DNA of 64,000 nucleotides from the human T2T-CHM13v2.0 reference genome, Homo sapiens: the NCBI RefSeq assembly GCF_009914755.1, contig NC_060930.1; one strand, written 5' to 3'. The notes beneath the pieces are model-generated. The model was given only the letters and a program-made list of their open reading frames with translations. It ran no database searches and had not been told where the DNA came from. Each line of letters begins with the position of its first letter. Within the stretch, counting starts at the first letter, position 1. This document shows, in pieces, positions 43,878 to 57,950 of this stretch. A program made the translations under genes and the position numbers.

Positions 43878-46756
43878 TTGAAACACCTTGTTTCAAAAAG
43901 AGTATATTTATTTCTGCTTTACATAGCTGTGTTCTCCTTGAGATTTTATTTGAAGTAAAGGGTCAAATAAAGCAACTTCGAAAACCATTAATTACTGTCC
44001 AACCCTACAATGTTTTAGATGAGGAGGAAACTGAATCTCAGAAAAGCTCAGGGTCTCAGGCAGCCAAGTGAAGATCAGCACCCAGGCTGGTACCATCAAA
44101 GGAGGTGCTCATCTCCACTCTGCTGTTTCAAGACATCTTTTTTTTTTTTTGAGTACTCAGCCAGAAAATAGTTCAAGTTTATTCCAGTGTGAAAAGTTCA
44201 AGAAACTTCCCCTTAACACCAATTACTTCCCTTGAGGGAGGGATACAACTCCTTCAATAAACCCCTGGCCATCTCCAGCAGTTGGCATTCATGTTCTGAG
44301 CTCTCCAGATGCAAAGCAGTTTATCATACAGATTTCTATATAAACACACTATTTTAAATAGAAGATCAAAGGTTAAATGTACTGTTTCAGCTTTCTAGGT
44401 ATTTTATACTGAGATTCACATTTTCCCTAGCTCTCCCATGTATTAGATTGATAATGTTTTCTAAACAGTGGTTAGTACATATTTACCAAATCATAATTTA
44501 TTGATTCACCGTGAATTTGAAAAACATCGTCTTAGTTGTTCAGTCCCTGGACATTACCAAGAATGAAAATACATTTCTGTTTCAAGTTTTACATATTATA
44601 GCAATTGTTTTCAGTTCATTTACTTTTGCCCTAGAGCAGTTTTGGGAGAGTACAGTTTTAAACATCAAAAACAGAGTAACTAGAAATACTTAACCTGAAA
44701 TTTAAACTTTAGGACAACCAAAAAGGTTTGCACTCTAAAAATAACCTTAATTATTTCTAGTTTTTCAACTTCTTCTATTATTAACTATTTATCTTCTTAG
44801 TCAATATTTTATATTCTATAATTTATACCTACCATTTATTGTGTAGCTTCTGTGTGCTAAGAAACTTATCTTCATCACTTTATTTAATTCTCACAGTAAC
44901 AAATATTTAGGTAGGTTAGTGACTGTTATTACTTCCATTTAACTGATAAAGAAATGGAGCTTTTAAGAGGTTAAGTTTCAAATTAGGCTTTAAATCACAG
45001 TTTATCTGTTTCTAGAGTTCAAGATTTTATCCAGTATATTTATGCTTACCATAATATAAAACAAAATTTTACTGTCATTTGGATAGTTCTTTGGTTGAGC
45101 ATTAATTTCTAAGTCCTGTCCAAGAACTCTAAGTTAAAATTTAAGACATTTAAATTTAAAATTTAAATATATAAATTACATAAATTTTATTAGATAGTAA
45201 GATATGCTTTCAACTCATGGCTGAATCTTTCAAGTCTCAGAATACTGAATACATTATATTACAGATTCAAGTAGTCATTTGTCACAAGTCTCTTCAATAA
45301 TCAGGAATTTCCTTGTGCATTTAAGTAAAAATGAAGAATCATAATAGTTTCATTTATAAAATTCTAAGCTTCTTGAAGGCAGAACTTTATCTAGCCAATA
45401 TTATACATATTTATTTCTAAAATGTGGGCCTTCATCTTTGAATTCAGAAAGATCAAGGACAAGTTTGCTAGATTTGTCTCTTTTCAGAAACTATATTCTA
45501 ACTTTGCTCATTTATAGATCTGGAATTAATCTAGTAAATCTTTATTAGTATATGCATTATATTAGTGCTAAAAATAATTCTGAATAATTATTATGTGATG
45601 AAGATTCATTTGGGCCCAATATGTTTTGGGCCCAATATGTTTTGATTATATTTTAGGCTTAACAAGGGGAAGTGAAGGGTGTTGACAAGATTGCTACCAT
45701 CACTCGTAGAGAATAGCATTTATCTAGACTTTAGTTTCACATGTTATATCTGATAACACTAGGACATAAAATAGTGAAGTATTCTATTTGCACTACATTT
45801 TCACATGATTGGGAAAGAATTTGAACTCATCTTCAAATATATCCTACTAACAAAATTTTTTTGAGATGATGAATAGATTTGTTCTTATAACCAGTGTGGA
45901 AAGTTAACTCTATGGGGCTAAACAAATTCTCTTAACGTCAACACACAACACAGGACAGGAGACAAAAAGTAATGTGAGATTATATTTTAGTATGCCATTA
46001 AAAATTTTGTTAGCCCCACTGTTGTGTTAAATACTCTTTTCAGTATTGGTTTGCATCTGCTTGTTTCTATCCAGCTATTGACTAGCATGGTTTATGCTGA
46101 ACTGATGCATTAGTTTAAATGTTTTGAGAGATGGATCTAATTGACACAGCTCACTTTTTGATGCCACGGTTATAACTCTCCACCAAGCGTGACTTGTGCT
46201 GACATCATAGCAAGTGGGCAAAAGAGTTACTGACAGTTCCATGAAGAATGGAGGCCCATGAACTTCTCCTGTGGCTACCAGAACAGTCCTGAATCCAGCT
46301 ATCTTACGGCTTAGTGTCTGCTTCTTTTTAGACGTTTTTCAGATTTCACTTTAAATTTACAGTAAATCTCAGATTTTATTATTTGAGCTAGTTTGAGTAG
46401 CTTCTGTTCTTCATAAACAAAGAGCATGTTCCAGAACAGGGTGTAACACTCTTGTCAGAAATTTTGACTTCCACTTTTTTAATCTTAAAATATGTAGTGT
46501 AACTAATAGACATTTTTATAGCCTTAAAAAATTATTGTTTTGGAGAAAGTTAGAAATTAAAATATGGCCCACTTTCATGAAAACAGGCAGTAACATCAGC
46601 ATACAGAAAATGAACAAATGAGCGTACCAATTAGAATTAGGAAATAGAAAAAAAAGAAGAAGAAAGAGAATAAAGGAGAACAACTTTTGCCTTTGTTTTG
46701 TTTTCCCAGAGATTTAAGTGTTTGGCAGGAAAGTTGCTTTAAATTTAAATATGATA

Positions 46757-46871
46757 GTAGGTCGTCGCAAAAGTAATTGTGGTTTTTATTGCCATTCAAA
46801 GTTAATGCTGTTAACTTTTTTGCCATTACTTTTAATGGCAAAAAAATGCAATTACTTTTGCACCAACATAA
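46757..46871. mobile_element. MADE1 (Hsmar1 mariner MITE) with an internal insertion
   Basis: Inverted repeats GCAAAAGTAATTG...CAATTACTTTTGCACCAAC, with TA on both flanks. Confidence 0.88.
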
Positions 46872-47933
46872 TACTATATGGTAGCTGAGTATCTTTGTAG
46901 CTAGACTGTTGTGATTTAAATTATAGCTTGCTAAATTTAGCTGGATGACTTAGGAACAACTGTTTGGAAAAACCCAGGAACAACTGTACCTCTCTGTGAC
47001 TTAATTTCTTATCCCTTAAATCAGTAGACTAATAAAGTTTTAACTAATAATCTTAGGTTCTATAAAAATAGATTAAAATCCTTTTGTGTATTCCTAGTAA
47101 TTAGACAAATATTTGACATTTATTATATCCTTCTATTGGACAAAGAGAGGATGATAAACCTAAATAACTTTGTGATCTGGCTAGGATATTGGAGGACAAG
47201 AAGACTGAAGCTTCTTGCTCAGTTGCCCAAGACAGTATGGATGCTTCACATCAGACTGTGGGAAACACAGTAGTCCCAGACTATAACACAGGTGTTATTC
47301 TTCCATCAGAAAAATCTTACAGTGTGAAACTCTTTATCTCTTTATTATCTTTCCAACGAGGAACAGCTACTAAAGTGTTCAATACGCTCTGGGATTGAAT
47401 AGCACCTTGGCAAAAAGTATGTGCAATGATTCATGATAGGTAGTAATTTGATCTTGGTACCAAGATCTCCTTATGGTTGGTGCTACAAATCTATAATCAA
47501 AAATTGTCTACTCCCTTACCCTGGCTTGATGGCTTATAGGGTTCTAAGCTCTGAATCCTTGCCTGTGGAACTACCTCACCATCTTTATGGGTAAATAAGT
47601 GACTCATGGTTCTTTCTTCGCTGCCTAGTTTCAATCTTATTACTTTGATAATGTAAGGGAGGTACGTGGTGTACTCCAAATCAAGACTGGTTTGAAACAT
47701 CCTGAGTTTGCTGTCTATATTTCAGCTATTCCTCTGTCAGATTAGCTTTGTTGCCTAACCTTTTGGTAAGATTTGGTCCTGGGCTCTTGGATCCTGCCAC
47801 CCAGAGTCTTGGCATTATTGTACCCAACACTTGCCTCTTTGAGAACAGCAGAATAGGTGGATATCATGACAGGAATAAAAACTACTATATGCAGAGTGAA
47901 TACAATGTTTCAGAAGTATACTAGACACTTCAA

Positions 47934-47934
<1 letters not shown>

Positions 47935-47966
<32 letters not shown>
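47935..47966. repeat. (TG)16 microsatellite
   Basis: Direct reading; lies within a MIR-like stretch. Confidence 0.97.
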
Positions 47967-47969
<3 letters not shown>

Positions 47970-48313
47970 AATCCTTATGAAAAACTAGATTAGGATTATT
48001 AGCCCATCTTACAAATAAGAAACCTGAGACTCAGAAATTACATATAACTTACCAGAAACAAAACCACATAATCAGCACACAGTGAAATTTCTGGCCCCTC
48101 CTCATTACTGAACAGAGCAGAATCACATCTGTGACAGCATGGTTAGTAATTAGATGCTGCCTTCATCTTTGGCTTGCTTTCTTTCACTTCTTTGTGGGGA
48201 GAACTGCTTATGTGATTTATTTGTTTGTTGTTGTTTCTAAATACATCTCAGCTATTAAAATTAATCAGAGTTTCCTGGAATCAGCCACTCACTGTGACCC
48301 ATGTTATACACAG

Positions 48314-48342
<29 letters not shown>
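48314..48342. repeat. (CA)14 microsatellite followed by a TA-rich tract
   Basis: Direct reading. Confidence 0.95.
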
Positions 48343-48344
<2 letters not shown>

Positions 48345-48525
48345 TATATTATATATTAATAATTATATATTTTTATATATATATATTAATTTCTTGACTT
48401 TCAGTTTAACCTGGAGATGAACAGTATAATGGTCAATACACAGTTTTTGCAGCTGGGCAAAAGTAGATTTAAGTTCTGGCACCAGCACCAACTGGTGTGT
48501 AACTTGGGTCTAATTACTTAATGTC

Positions 48526-48904
48526 TGATATGGTTAGTCTTTGTGTTCCCTAAAATCTCATCTTGAATTATAATCCTCATAATCCCCAGGTGTCAAGGGA
48601 GAGACCAGGTGGAGTTAATTGAATCATAGGGCCGGTCCCCAGCTCCCCATGCTGTTCTGGTGATAGTGAGTTCTTATGAGATCTGATGGTTTTACAAGGG
48701 GCTCTTCCCCCTTCGCTCTGCATTTCTCCTTTCTGCCACCTGTGAACAAGTTGTCTTATTTCCCCTTCACCTTCTGCCATGATCATAAGTTTCCTGAGGC
48801 CTCCCCCCAGCCGTGGTAAACTGTGAGTCAATTAAAGCTCCTTCCTTTATAAGTTACCCAGTCTTGGGCAATTCTTTATAGCAGTGTGAAAACAGACTAA
48901 TACA
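48526..48904 (+). mobile_element. THE1 (C/D-like) solo LTR inserted in a MIR
   Basis: TGATATGGTT...CAGACTAATACA, with 5-bp TSD ATGTC/ATATC. Confidence 0.88.
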
Positions 48905-51899
48905 ATATCTCAATCTGAGACTGTAAATGGAAAGCTCTTAACAGGACTTGTGAATCAATGAAGAGTAAGTGTTCAGTAAACACTTAGTTGTGTTACTATT
49001 TCATAATGATCCATTATTATCATGTTCTTCAAATACACCTGCCCAATTCTGTGTTCTGAAATGGGGTCAAGCAGAATGTAGGGCAAATAAAAGTTAAGTA
49101 AGTAACATAAAAACCCAAGACTTGAAACAACAGTTCTTTCTTTTCTTTCTGGTCCTAAGAATCCTGTTCTTAACTGCCTTTCAAGAGAAGAAAATACATA
49201 GGAATGAAAGGTTTAAAGCTTGAAAAGGTGGGAAACATGGTTGCACTCTAACTCTTCCATGAAAATTCAATTGATCTATTATAGCAAGTAGTCACTTTGT
49301 AACTAGGGAAGAGATCATGGTTAATGGGCTTTTAATACAGAGGTTATATGAAACCAGATTAATGAACGACGGGTGACCCAGAATTTACCAATAAAATGCA
49401 GAAACTTCTGTCCTGAATCACTGATTCAGGCCTGGCTATATTGTCATAATATTTCATACCATAATAATTTTAACCGTAGTACTGTGGACACTTCGTACAT
49501 ATAATTTTCAGGCAAACATCGGTCCTAAAAATTCTTTTTAAATATTGAGTGTATATTTTCTCAATGGCTAACTGCCAAACTCAGAATAAGCTTCTCAAAT
49601 TGCTTTAGCCTTATATTTGGTAATCTATAAAATGAATCCCTTTCTTATATTGACTTCCTATAGCTCTACCAGTGAGCATTGCATATAAAAAATGATTAAC
49701 AATTTTAAGTGTCAATCAGTTGACCTGTGTTCCCATTGTCCTAGTGTTCTATCAGCTGAAGCAGATAGTGTGGTGTCTCTGGCTTCCATTTTTTCATCCA
49801 AAAAACAAAAATCTTAATGATATCTGTTGTATGGTTTTACAGTTAACAAACAGCTCTCCCATACATTGCATCATTTCATATAACAGCCTCTTTCTCACCT
49901 ACCTCCTTTGGTTGCTGTGGATATAATAATAGTTAATCGGTATGAAAAGCTTTTGAAATGTTAAAGAGACAAGTCAAATGCATGTAATAATAGTGGTTTC
50001 ACAACATAATTAGAAAATACTACAGAGAGAATCCATGTTATCAGTGTTTAATCAGACAATGTTCTTAAACCATTAACACAAACCTCCACTGGAAATTTTA
50101 GCTAGGGAGAAATTAATTTGTACTGCTGAATTCATCAGCAAGCAAGCCAGCCAGCTTTCTGTAAGCCAAAGGCAGAGCAGCCAATGGTGGAAAGCCTTGT
50201 CAGCTCCATGCCCAGTGCAGCCTCTGATTGGCTTATTCTGAACAAGGACAGTTTGTAGCTGTTACGCCAAGGAACACACACAATGCAGAAATGCTTTTCC
50301 TTTTACACTTCCCACTGGTGTAGTAAATAGTAACTTTTGCCAACCATTCATAAAACTCTTTGCCACACACATCTAACATGTTTATTTTGAGATATACTAA
50401 AAAATATGTAATCTTTACAACGGTTCAATGTTTTTCAAATCTCGTTTTTCTCTCTAAGCTTATGATTTAAAGGCATTTACATAGTTAAAAAGACATTTGA
50501 AAAGCAAAAAATTATGAGCAGTTTCTTTAAAATATGGCATAAAAATAAAATTTGAAAAGTCCTTGACTCAGGAAAGCAGCAATCTATTTTTGCTTTAACT
50601 TGAAAACCTGTAAATCTAAAAAAAAAAAATTAAAAAAAAACCACGGTGAAACAGTCTTAAGTTATCAATGCCATTTTTGACAGGGATTTAATGAGTTACT
50701 GGCATACTTTCTATTTATTGTCCGTTTTAATATCTTTTTAAATTAATAAATGCAAATCATTATAATGAAGAAATCTATAGACAAGAATATGAACTAATTT
50801 TTCTCTATTTTGAAAATGTATGACTATACAATTAAAATTTAATAATATATGATATAATAATTTTTAAAATATAATTTAGCATTTTACCTAATTAGACAAC
50901 AGAATCGCACTGTTGAAAACTTAAAAACTATGTCGTCAACTCATAAGAACTCTCAGAACGCCTCAGTTGGTGAAAAGGAATTTGTTGAAAAATTTTTAAA
51001 TGTTTGTTAAAGTCCCTTTGGGACTTTTAATGTAAATGTAATATACAGCTATAGCAGTAAAAATGTGTGAGAAAAGTATTCTCTGTAGATCAAAGCAGGT
51101 AAATCCAGCCCTCTGTTTTGCCTCCCCTTCTCCAGCAGGACCAGGCAACATAGGTTTCCATTTCTGAAAGCTTACATATAATGAATGCTAACAGCAGTCA
51201 GTTATCTTCATGTGTAGAGACACAGGATCTATTCTACATTTGTAGGAGAAACAGATACATTTAATTCTCAGCATTATGCTAACCTGTATAAAATAAGGGT
51301 GCTCTTACAAATGTATAACAGATTTAAGCATTATAAAACTCTTCATTTATTTATTTGTGGCCGAAAATGTTTTGTATTTTTTCTTTCTTAATTTTCAACA
51401 GATAAAATAAGAGACTGTTTAAAAGTCTAACAACACAGGTGGGTATAAACGATTGATTTTCTGTTACAGGGAGAATAGTGTGTTTGGAAATGTACTAAGA
51501 TGAACTCATAGAAAGTAATAAAAGCTGATTTTAACTGCTTAATTGCTATATTCCAAAATGGGGAAGACACAAAGAACATGGATCTTTATTTATAAATTCA
51601 TGATTCCTTAGGAAAACTTAAACGTTCTCCTCTTATTTCATACACATTTTTCAAGTATTTCAACCAGTACTATAACTTCAACCAACATCTTGCACTCCAT
51701 TCAAACTATTTTACTCATTTCAAGACTTATCAAACTCTTCCTGTTAGATGTCTCATGATATCTAAAACTCATTATCAATCCATTAAAATCCTCTCACCTC
51801 CATAAATGCAACCTCCTCTTACCCAAACCAGAAATCTTGGAGTTAATCCAAACTTTTATCTTTCCATTTCTTGGTATGACCAGTAAAGCCATGTTGATT

Positions 51900-52648
51900 T
51901 AGTATGGTGGTTCCTCAAACAACTAAAAATAGAATTACCACATTATCTAACAATGCCAACTTCTGGGTATACCTTGAAAGAAACTGAAGTCAGTATGTTG
52001 AAAAGATATCTGCACTCTGATGTTTATTGCAGCATTATTCACAATAGCCAAGATATGGAAATAAACTAAGTGTCCATCAATAGATAAATGGATTTCTTGA
52101 ATGTGGTATATATACACAATGAAATACTATTCGTCTTTACAATGAATGCAATTCTATTATTACAAACAACATAGATGAGTCTAGAGGACATAATGCTGCG
52201 TGAAATGAACCAGGCACAGAAAGACAAATATCACATAATATCATGTATGTGGAATCTAACACAGCCAAACTCATAGAAGTAGAGAGTAGAATGGTGATTA
52301 CCAGAGGCTGGGAAAGTGGGGTGGTGTGAGCAGGGAAAGGGGAAATGTTTGCAAAAGGGTACAAAATTTCAGTTAGGAGAAATAAGTTCTGGTGATCTTT
52401 AGCACAGCTAGGTAAATATAGTTAATAATCATGTATTGTATATTTCCAAATTGCTAAAAGGGTGGATTTTAAATGTTCTCACCCCCAAGTGATGATAAGT
52501 AGGTGAGATGATGAATATGTTAATTAGAACTGATTTGCTCATTCCACAATTTTTATGTGTAGTAAAACATCATGTTGTATCCCATAAATATATACAATTA
52601 TTTTAAAATATTTGTCAGTATTAAATTAAAATCAAAATTTAAAAAAAG
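51900..52648 (+). mobile_element. L1MA-type 3' end fragment
   Basis: AGTATGGTGGTTCCTCAAACAACTAAAAATAGAATTACC..., GAGAGTAGAATGGTGATTACCAGAGGCTGGG, and an A-rich end. Confidence 0.85.
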
Positions 52649-53173
52649 CTTATCGATTTTAGAGATTTAAAACTCAGAAAAAAATGCTTGGCTTTAGACA
52701 GAAAGGGGTCATCTCTCTAAAACAGGAGGAGAAAAGGAAGAAATGCAGAGCATAGATTCAGGATAAAAACGAGAAGCTGAAGAAATATCTATCAGATGGC
52801 TTCGCTATTCCTTGTGAAATCTTGTGCTCAGTGTGGGGATTGAGGTAAGGGAAGAGAGAGTTTGAAGAAAAGTTTGAAGCTGCTGCTGCGGGAATGGGAG
52901 AGGAAGCTGAGCAGGGAATATTAGAAATTTTGCCTCTTGTTACTGTTACCTCATTGAGACTGAGACCATGAATTTTAAAGAGCCAATCTGGGACATTATG
53001 TAATTCTAGTAGTACTTTTCAAGGTTAGATTTGGGCAAGAGGAAGATACTCGAGTTTATCTAGAATTGTGATTTTTCCAGGTAGGTGTCACAAAAGGTAA
53101 GTGGGGCAAGAATGCTGAAATTAATAATAATAGGAATAGAATAGAGTTTCAGCCCTCAAGGAAGGCACTGGGA

Positions 53174-53174
<1 letters not shown>

Positions 53175-53222
<48 letters not shown>
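53175..53222. repeat. (GTT)16 trinucleotide microsatellite
   Basis: Direct reading; uninterrupted. Confidence 0.97.
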
Positions 53223-53223
<1 letters not shown>

Positions 53224-55108
53224 GAGGGAATAAATGAGAAATGGCACAGATGGGGCTTTGAGAGTTAGCATACTAGCTACTGTCCAGTCTTCAACATACA
53301 TTATTTCATCCATGAGCCACAACAAACCTATATTGTAGACACTAAAATTATTTCTACTTTACAAATTAAAAGTGGAAGACCTCAGAGAAGAGGAGTTATG
53401 TATCTATCGTCATACAACTAGGACTCAGTGGATTTAAGACTCAACCAAGATCAAAAGTAAGGTCTAACAGACCCAAAGCCCATTTACTAAACTTATGCTT
53501 CAATGAAAGTAATGAGTAACAAGATCCTTCCCCTTTAAAATTCTATCTTCAGAAAATGTACAATTAACTTGAAGATACAAAGCAGAATTAGAATTACTAA
53601 AATTCATAGATCAAGATTGAGGACATTATTAATTCCAAATGGGATTCTGTCAAACAATAATATTTGGAAGCTGTGTAAAACTTTAGAGGATCCAAAGAAC
53701 TTTCATAAATTTTATCTCAATAATCAAAACAATTGTATGAACTAGATATTTTGTCATTTCTATTTTATGGGTTCCAAGAGTTAAGGGATTTATATAACTT
53801 ACTAACCAGAGTTTTGCCTTTTGGTTTTTGTTTGTAGAAGCCCCTAGAAAACTCAAAATGATAATAAATATGTTCTTAGCTAACTTTTGCTTCATACATG
53901 AGTTTAATACAGTGAAAAGGTAGAGTAAACCTTAATACTTTTTTTTAATGTTTTGTTTTTGAGACTGTCATGAGAACATATTTAGCATTAGAATTAATTT
54001 ATTTTGAACTCTTGGAGAGAAAGTCTGCTTACTTCATATAAATCAGATGGGGTTTACACTGCAAAATAGTCCAAAATCTCTCATGTGGAGATTTGGCTAC
54101 TTTTCATTCTTTTCTCTGTAGAGGTCACAACTTAAAATTCTTGCAGATTGTCTTCATTCTGAAAGCATGTGACAGAAGCTTGCCCAGTCCCCTCAGACTT
54201 TGGACTCTTCTGTTGTCTTTTGCCTGAGCAAATAGAAAAATACATAAGTAAGTAAATAGTGAAAAATAAATTTAAAAGTGCTGGTCTATGCAAAAAAAAG
54301 TATAGAGCATAAAATAGACTATGAAAGAAAGATCTAGAAAGAAAAACAAGAGAGCTGCCCAAGTGACCAGCATGTTTGACTTTCTTCTATATACTTTGGC
54401 TTAATTTACTACCTCTTTTCTTCCTTTCCCCTAGAAGGTCTTCTCTTGTCCTACTCTGTACCTCCTAGAGGAACATATCTGGCTTCACTAAACCAATAGG
54501 CCTAGGCAGATTATTGTAATTCTCTGTACCATTCCTTAGTAGTGACACTTGTGATTTATGTTACTCTCTCAGTGCCACTGAAATGGTTTAAACAGGTATC
54601 TAAAAGAGGTCTGATTTTTATAATTCAATTTATAAGACCAATACTATCTAAGAAAACCCCAATAATAGTATGTTATTCTGAAATAGAAATGTGTTGAGCT
54701 TTGGAAAAAAGCAAAGATAAAACATCTGAAAAAATTGTGATAAATAGTTCATTTCTTTGTGTTGTTACCCAAAAGAGAAACAGAAATTATGTCAAATGAG
54801 AAAAATAGGAGCTTGACAAATAATAAAGACAAAAATCTACAGTGTTAAAAATCTATTATTAATCATGCTGACTCCTGGATTGCATCTACATAATTTGAGG
54901 GTAAAAGTGTGGTATTTATTTAAATAATAAAGGCTGTTTGTTTCTACATATTCTATGACTTTATTTAATAGTGTTTGATGAGAAGGACAAGAAGAAAATT
55001 AGCAGTAGTAGTAACAGTAGGAGTAAGAGGGAAAGGAGACAATGGAAAGAAGCAGGGGAAAAGCATTACATAATTTTCATTTTTCTCAGTGATTTGTTTA
55101 TTCGTTTA

Positions 55109-55438
55109 CAGTCATGTGCCACTTAACAATGGGGATACATTATGAAAAATGTGTCATTAGGTGATTTCATCATTATACAAACATCAGGGTATACTTACAC
55201 AAACCTAGATGATATAGCCTACTACACACCTAGACTATATGGTATAGCCTATTGCTCTTGTGGAACATGTTACTGTACTGAACACTGTAGGCAGTTTTAA
55301 CACAATAGTAGGTATTCGTGCATCTAAACATATCCAGCCATATAAAATGTACAGTAAAAGTATAGTATTATTTTATGGGACCGCCATCTTTTATGCAGTC
55401 CATTGTTGCCTGAAATGTCATCATGAAGTGCATGACTG
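55109..55438. mobile_element. Tigger3a/MER7A-like TcMar MITE
   Basis: Termini CAGTCATG...CATGACTG, TA on both flanks, and internal ACTTACACAAACCTAGATG. Confidence 0.85.
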
Positions 55439-56249
55439 TATTTAATTAATTATATATTTATTTATTTTTTTTTGAATGGGGGTATTGATTCCCAGAGGGA
55501 GGAAAACACATTCTGACTTACATACACATGGTTGGAAAAAAAGAGTTAAATGACATCACTACAATGTATATCTGTCAACCGGCAATCGAAATCATCTCCA
55601 TGATTGAAGGTACATTTTTAGTGACCACATAATCACATGTAGGCTATCTATCCAACGGTAGCTCTCAGTGGTTTTGATAATGCAAACAGGCTGTGTTTTC
55701 TGCTAAAGATAAGTGTGTTTTTCTTTTACAGACAGATGTTAAAATCTGTATCATTAAAGTTTATTTCTATTTCGATGAAAGATTCTTCATAACAAAGCTA
55801 TTTTTATCTCACTATAGAAATTGGTGCTCTGGTGATCAACTTACAGAAGATACTCTGAGGGACAAATCAATACAATCAAGTATTTAGAATATCTAAATTC
55901 ATGTATTTTGTTCCTAAGTGACTGGCCTTTGTACTATGCAAGTTCAAGGAAGAAGACAAGAAGAACGAATACTTGCTGTTTCATAGTTTAGAAATTGATT
56001 TGAAATTGATTTTCAAAATCCCTTTCCATTTAAACCATCCCAATTGACTCTGACAAAAATCCCACTAAAATTATCACTTGTTCTTCAAAGGGCATAATGT
56101 TTATCTACCAGCTCAATGATCCAGGAACCCTTCAAGGAGCAAAGGAATAGGAAATGAATATTGAGTCAGAATACCGCTTTTTCTTCTACTTTATTCAAAC
56201 AACTAAATTTTTGAAACAAGTTCTTCCAGGACACGTGAGGATCCTTTAA

Positions 56250-57880
56250 TCAATAATTATATATTATACCAGTCTCAGTACTAGACAAATAAAAAAAATT
56301 CTACACTTAAGAAACTCTTGTTTTGGTAGAACATGAGCAGATTTATTAGTATAACCAAAGAATAGAACAGGAAGGCAGAGAAAATAACAGAAAACCCCTG
56401 AGGGATGTAGGCTTTGAGCTAAGTCTTAATAGTAACTTTTCACTGGGATATAATAGCGGATAAATAAAGTCATTCAAATCACAGAGATGAGAGCAGAGAA
56501 AAATCTTTTAAAAGACGTTTAGCAGTCTAGTAATTTTATTGGGTCAGAGTACAAATTGTTGAAAGGCGACTGTGAAAGATCATCTGGAAAGGGGAAAGAA
56601 AGACCTTCTATGAAATGTCAAGTAGCTTAGATTCCAACCTATGGGCAATGGAGATGCCACCAGATTGGCCCTTAAGAGCCTTCAACAATCATGTGATAGG
56701 TAGACCAAAGGCAAACAAGGATGGAGACAGAAAAAAAAAAAAAAAAAAAAAGGAAATTTCAGATCATGACTAAAGATGGAGACCAAAAAGAAGCAGTGTG
56801 TTTGGAAAGTAGGGGACAAATCTGAAATATACTAAATAAGCAGAAGTATTAGGATTTCATTATTGATTGGTTTGGTGTGGGTGGGTGGCAACATTAAAGA
56901 ATCTAGAATGATTCCAAGATTTCTAACCTAAGCCACTAGTTAGAGGATAATTTTAACCACTAGGAAGGAAGAATAAAAATAATGAGTACATTTGTAAAGA
57001 AGGTAGGAAATTAAGATGATTAGACTTAGGATATTTCAAGCTTGAGGTGCCAATAGGATCAAAGTATAAATGCCCAAAAAGCATTCATACATGAGTTGGA
57101 AGTAAGAAGAAGGACTCGGGACACAGAGATTATAGAGTTACATGCAGGAGGATGGTTATTTAATGTAAAGTTTTATTTTATATGGAGTCCAGGAAGAGAA
57201 TGTAGAAAATGATATAATGATAGAATTTTTGAGAAATAATAAAGTATTTTAGTCAACAAGAAAAGATCAATTCAATCAAAAACATGGAAAGAAAGATCTA
57301 GGCCTTACAGAAGGGAGAGGTTTGGCTCTAGATGGAACGATTTTCATTGACTAGAACAAGATTTTCATCTTAACCTGAAACACAAGAAAGATGATTACAG
57401 ATGATTATAGACATAGTGATGTAACATTGAAGGAGGAAGGATGGCCTGTTTTTTTTTTCATTTATTGAAAGGGGTCAGATATTTTTCTGAAAGTTGTAAA
57501 ATATGCATTGAAAGATTAGGTTGTTAATGTTGCAAATAGTTGAAATAATTCCTGTAGAGAGAATGAGAAAGCTTACCAATGAGGTGAAGTAACTCACTCC
57601 ATGGAAGTAGAAGTTCAGCTTATGTTCAGAAAATATGTGGTTGTGTGACTTTCTTCCTAAAGGGAAAAGCAGATGGTTACTTTGATGCAGAAAATGATTA
57701 TAAGGAAGTTAAAGATCCTGTCAAGAAACCATTGAAGTACTGGTTCATGAAGTCTAAGCTGGTTTGGAAAAGACATGTGAGAGTATAACTGAATAAAAAT
57801 AAAAAACGTGATCAATGGTCTTGATGTCTTGCTGAGGCCACAAAGCAAGTTTTAAGAAAAGAAGGAGATTGGAAGATAGG
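56250..57880 (-). mobile_element. Diverged L2 fragments
   Basis: Purine-rich antisense L2-like sequence (GGCTTTGAGCTAAGTCTTAA, GGGCAATGGAGATGCCA, TCAAGCTTGAGGTGCC). Confidence 0.5.
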
Positions 57881-57950
57881 TTAAAACTATGTGTTTAGAA
57901 AAAAAAAAGGTAAAAACAAAAAACAAACAAACAAAAAAACTATGTGTTTA

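Noticed and set aside
45609-45644. 17-bp tandem duplication containing the palindrome TTGGGCCCAA
   Set aside because: Ordinary two-copy slippage event with no further structure.
56731-56751. Poly-A run as a processed pseudogene tail
   Set aside because: No TSD, no upstream poly-A signal and no coding similarity; it sits in L2-like sequence.
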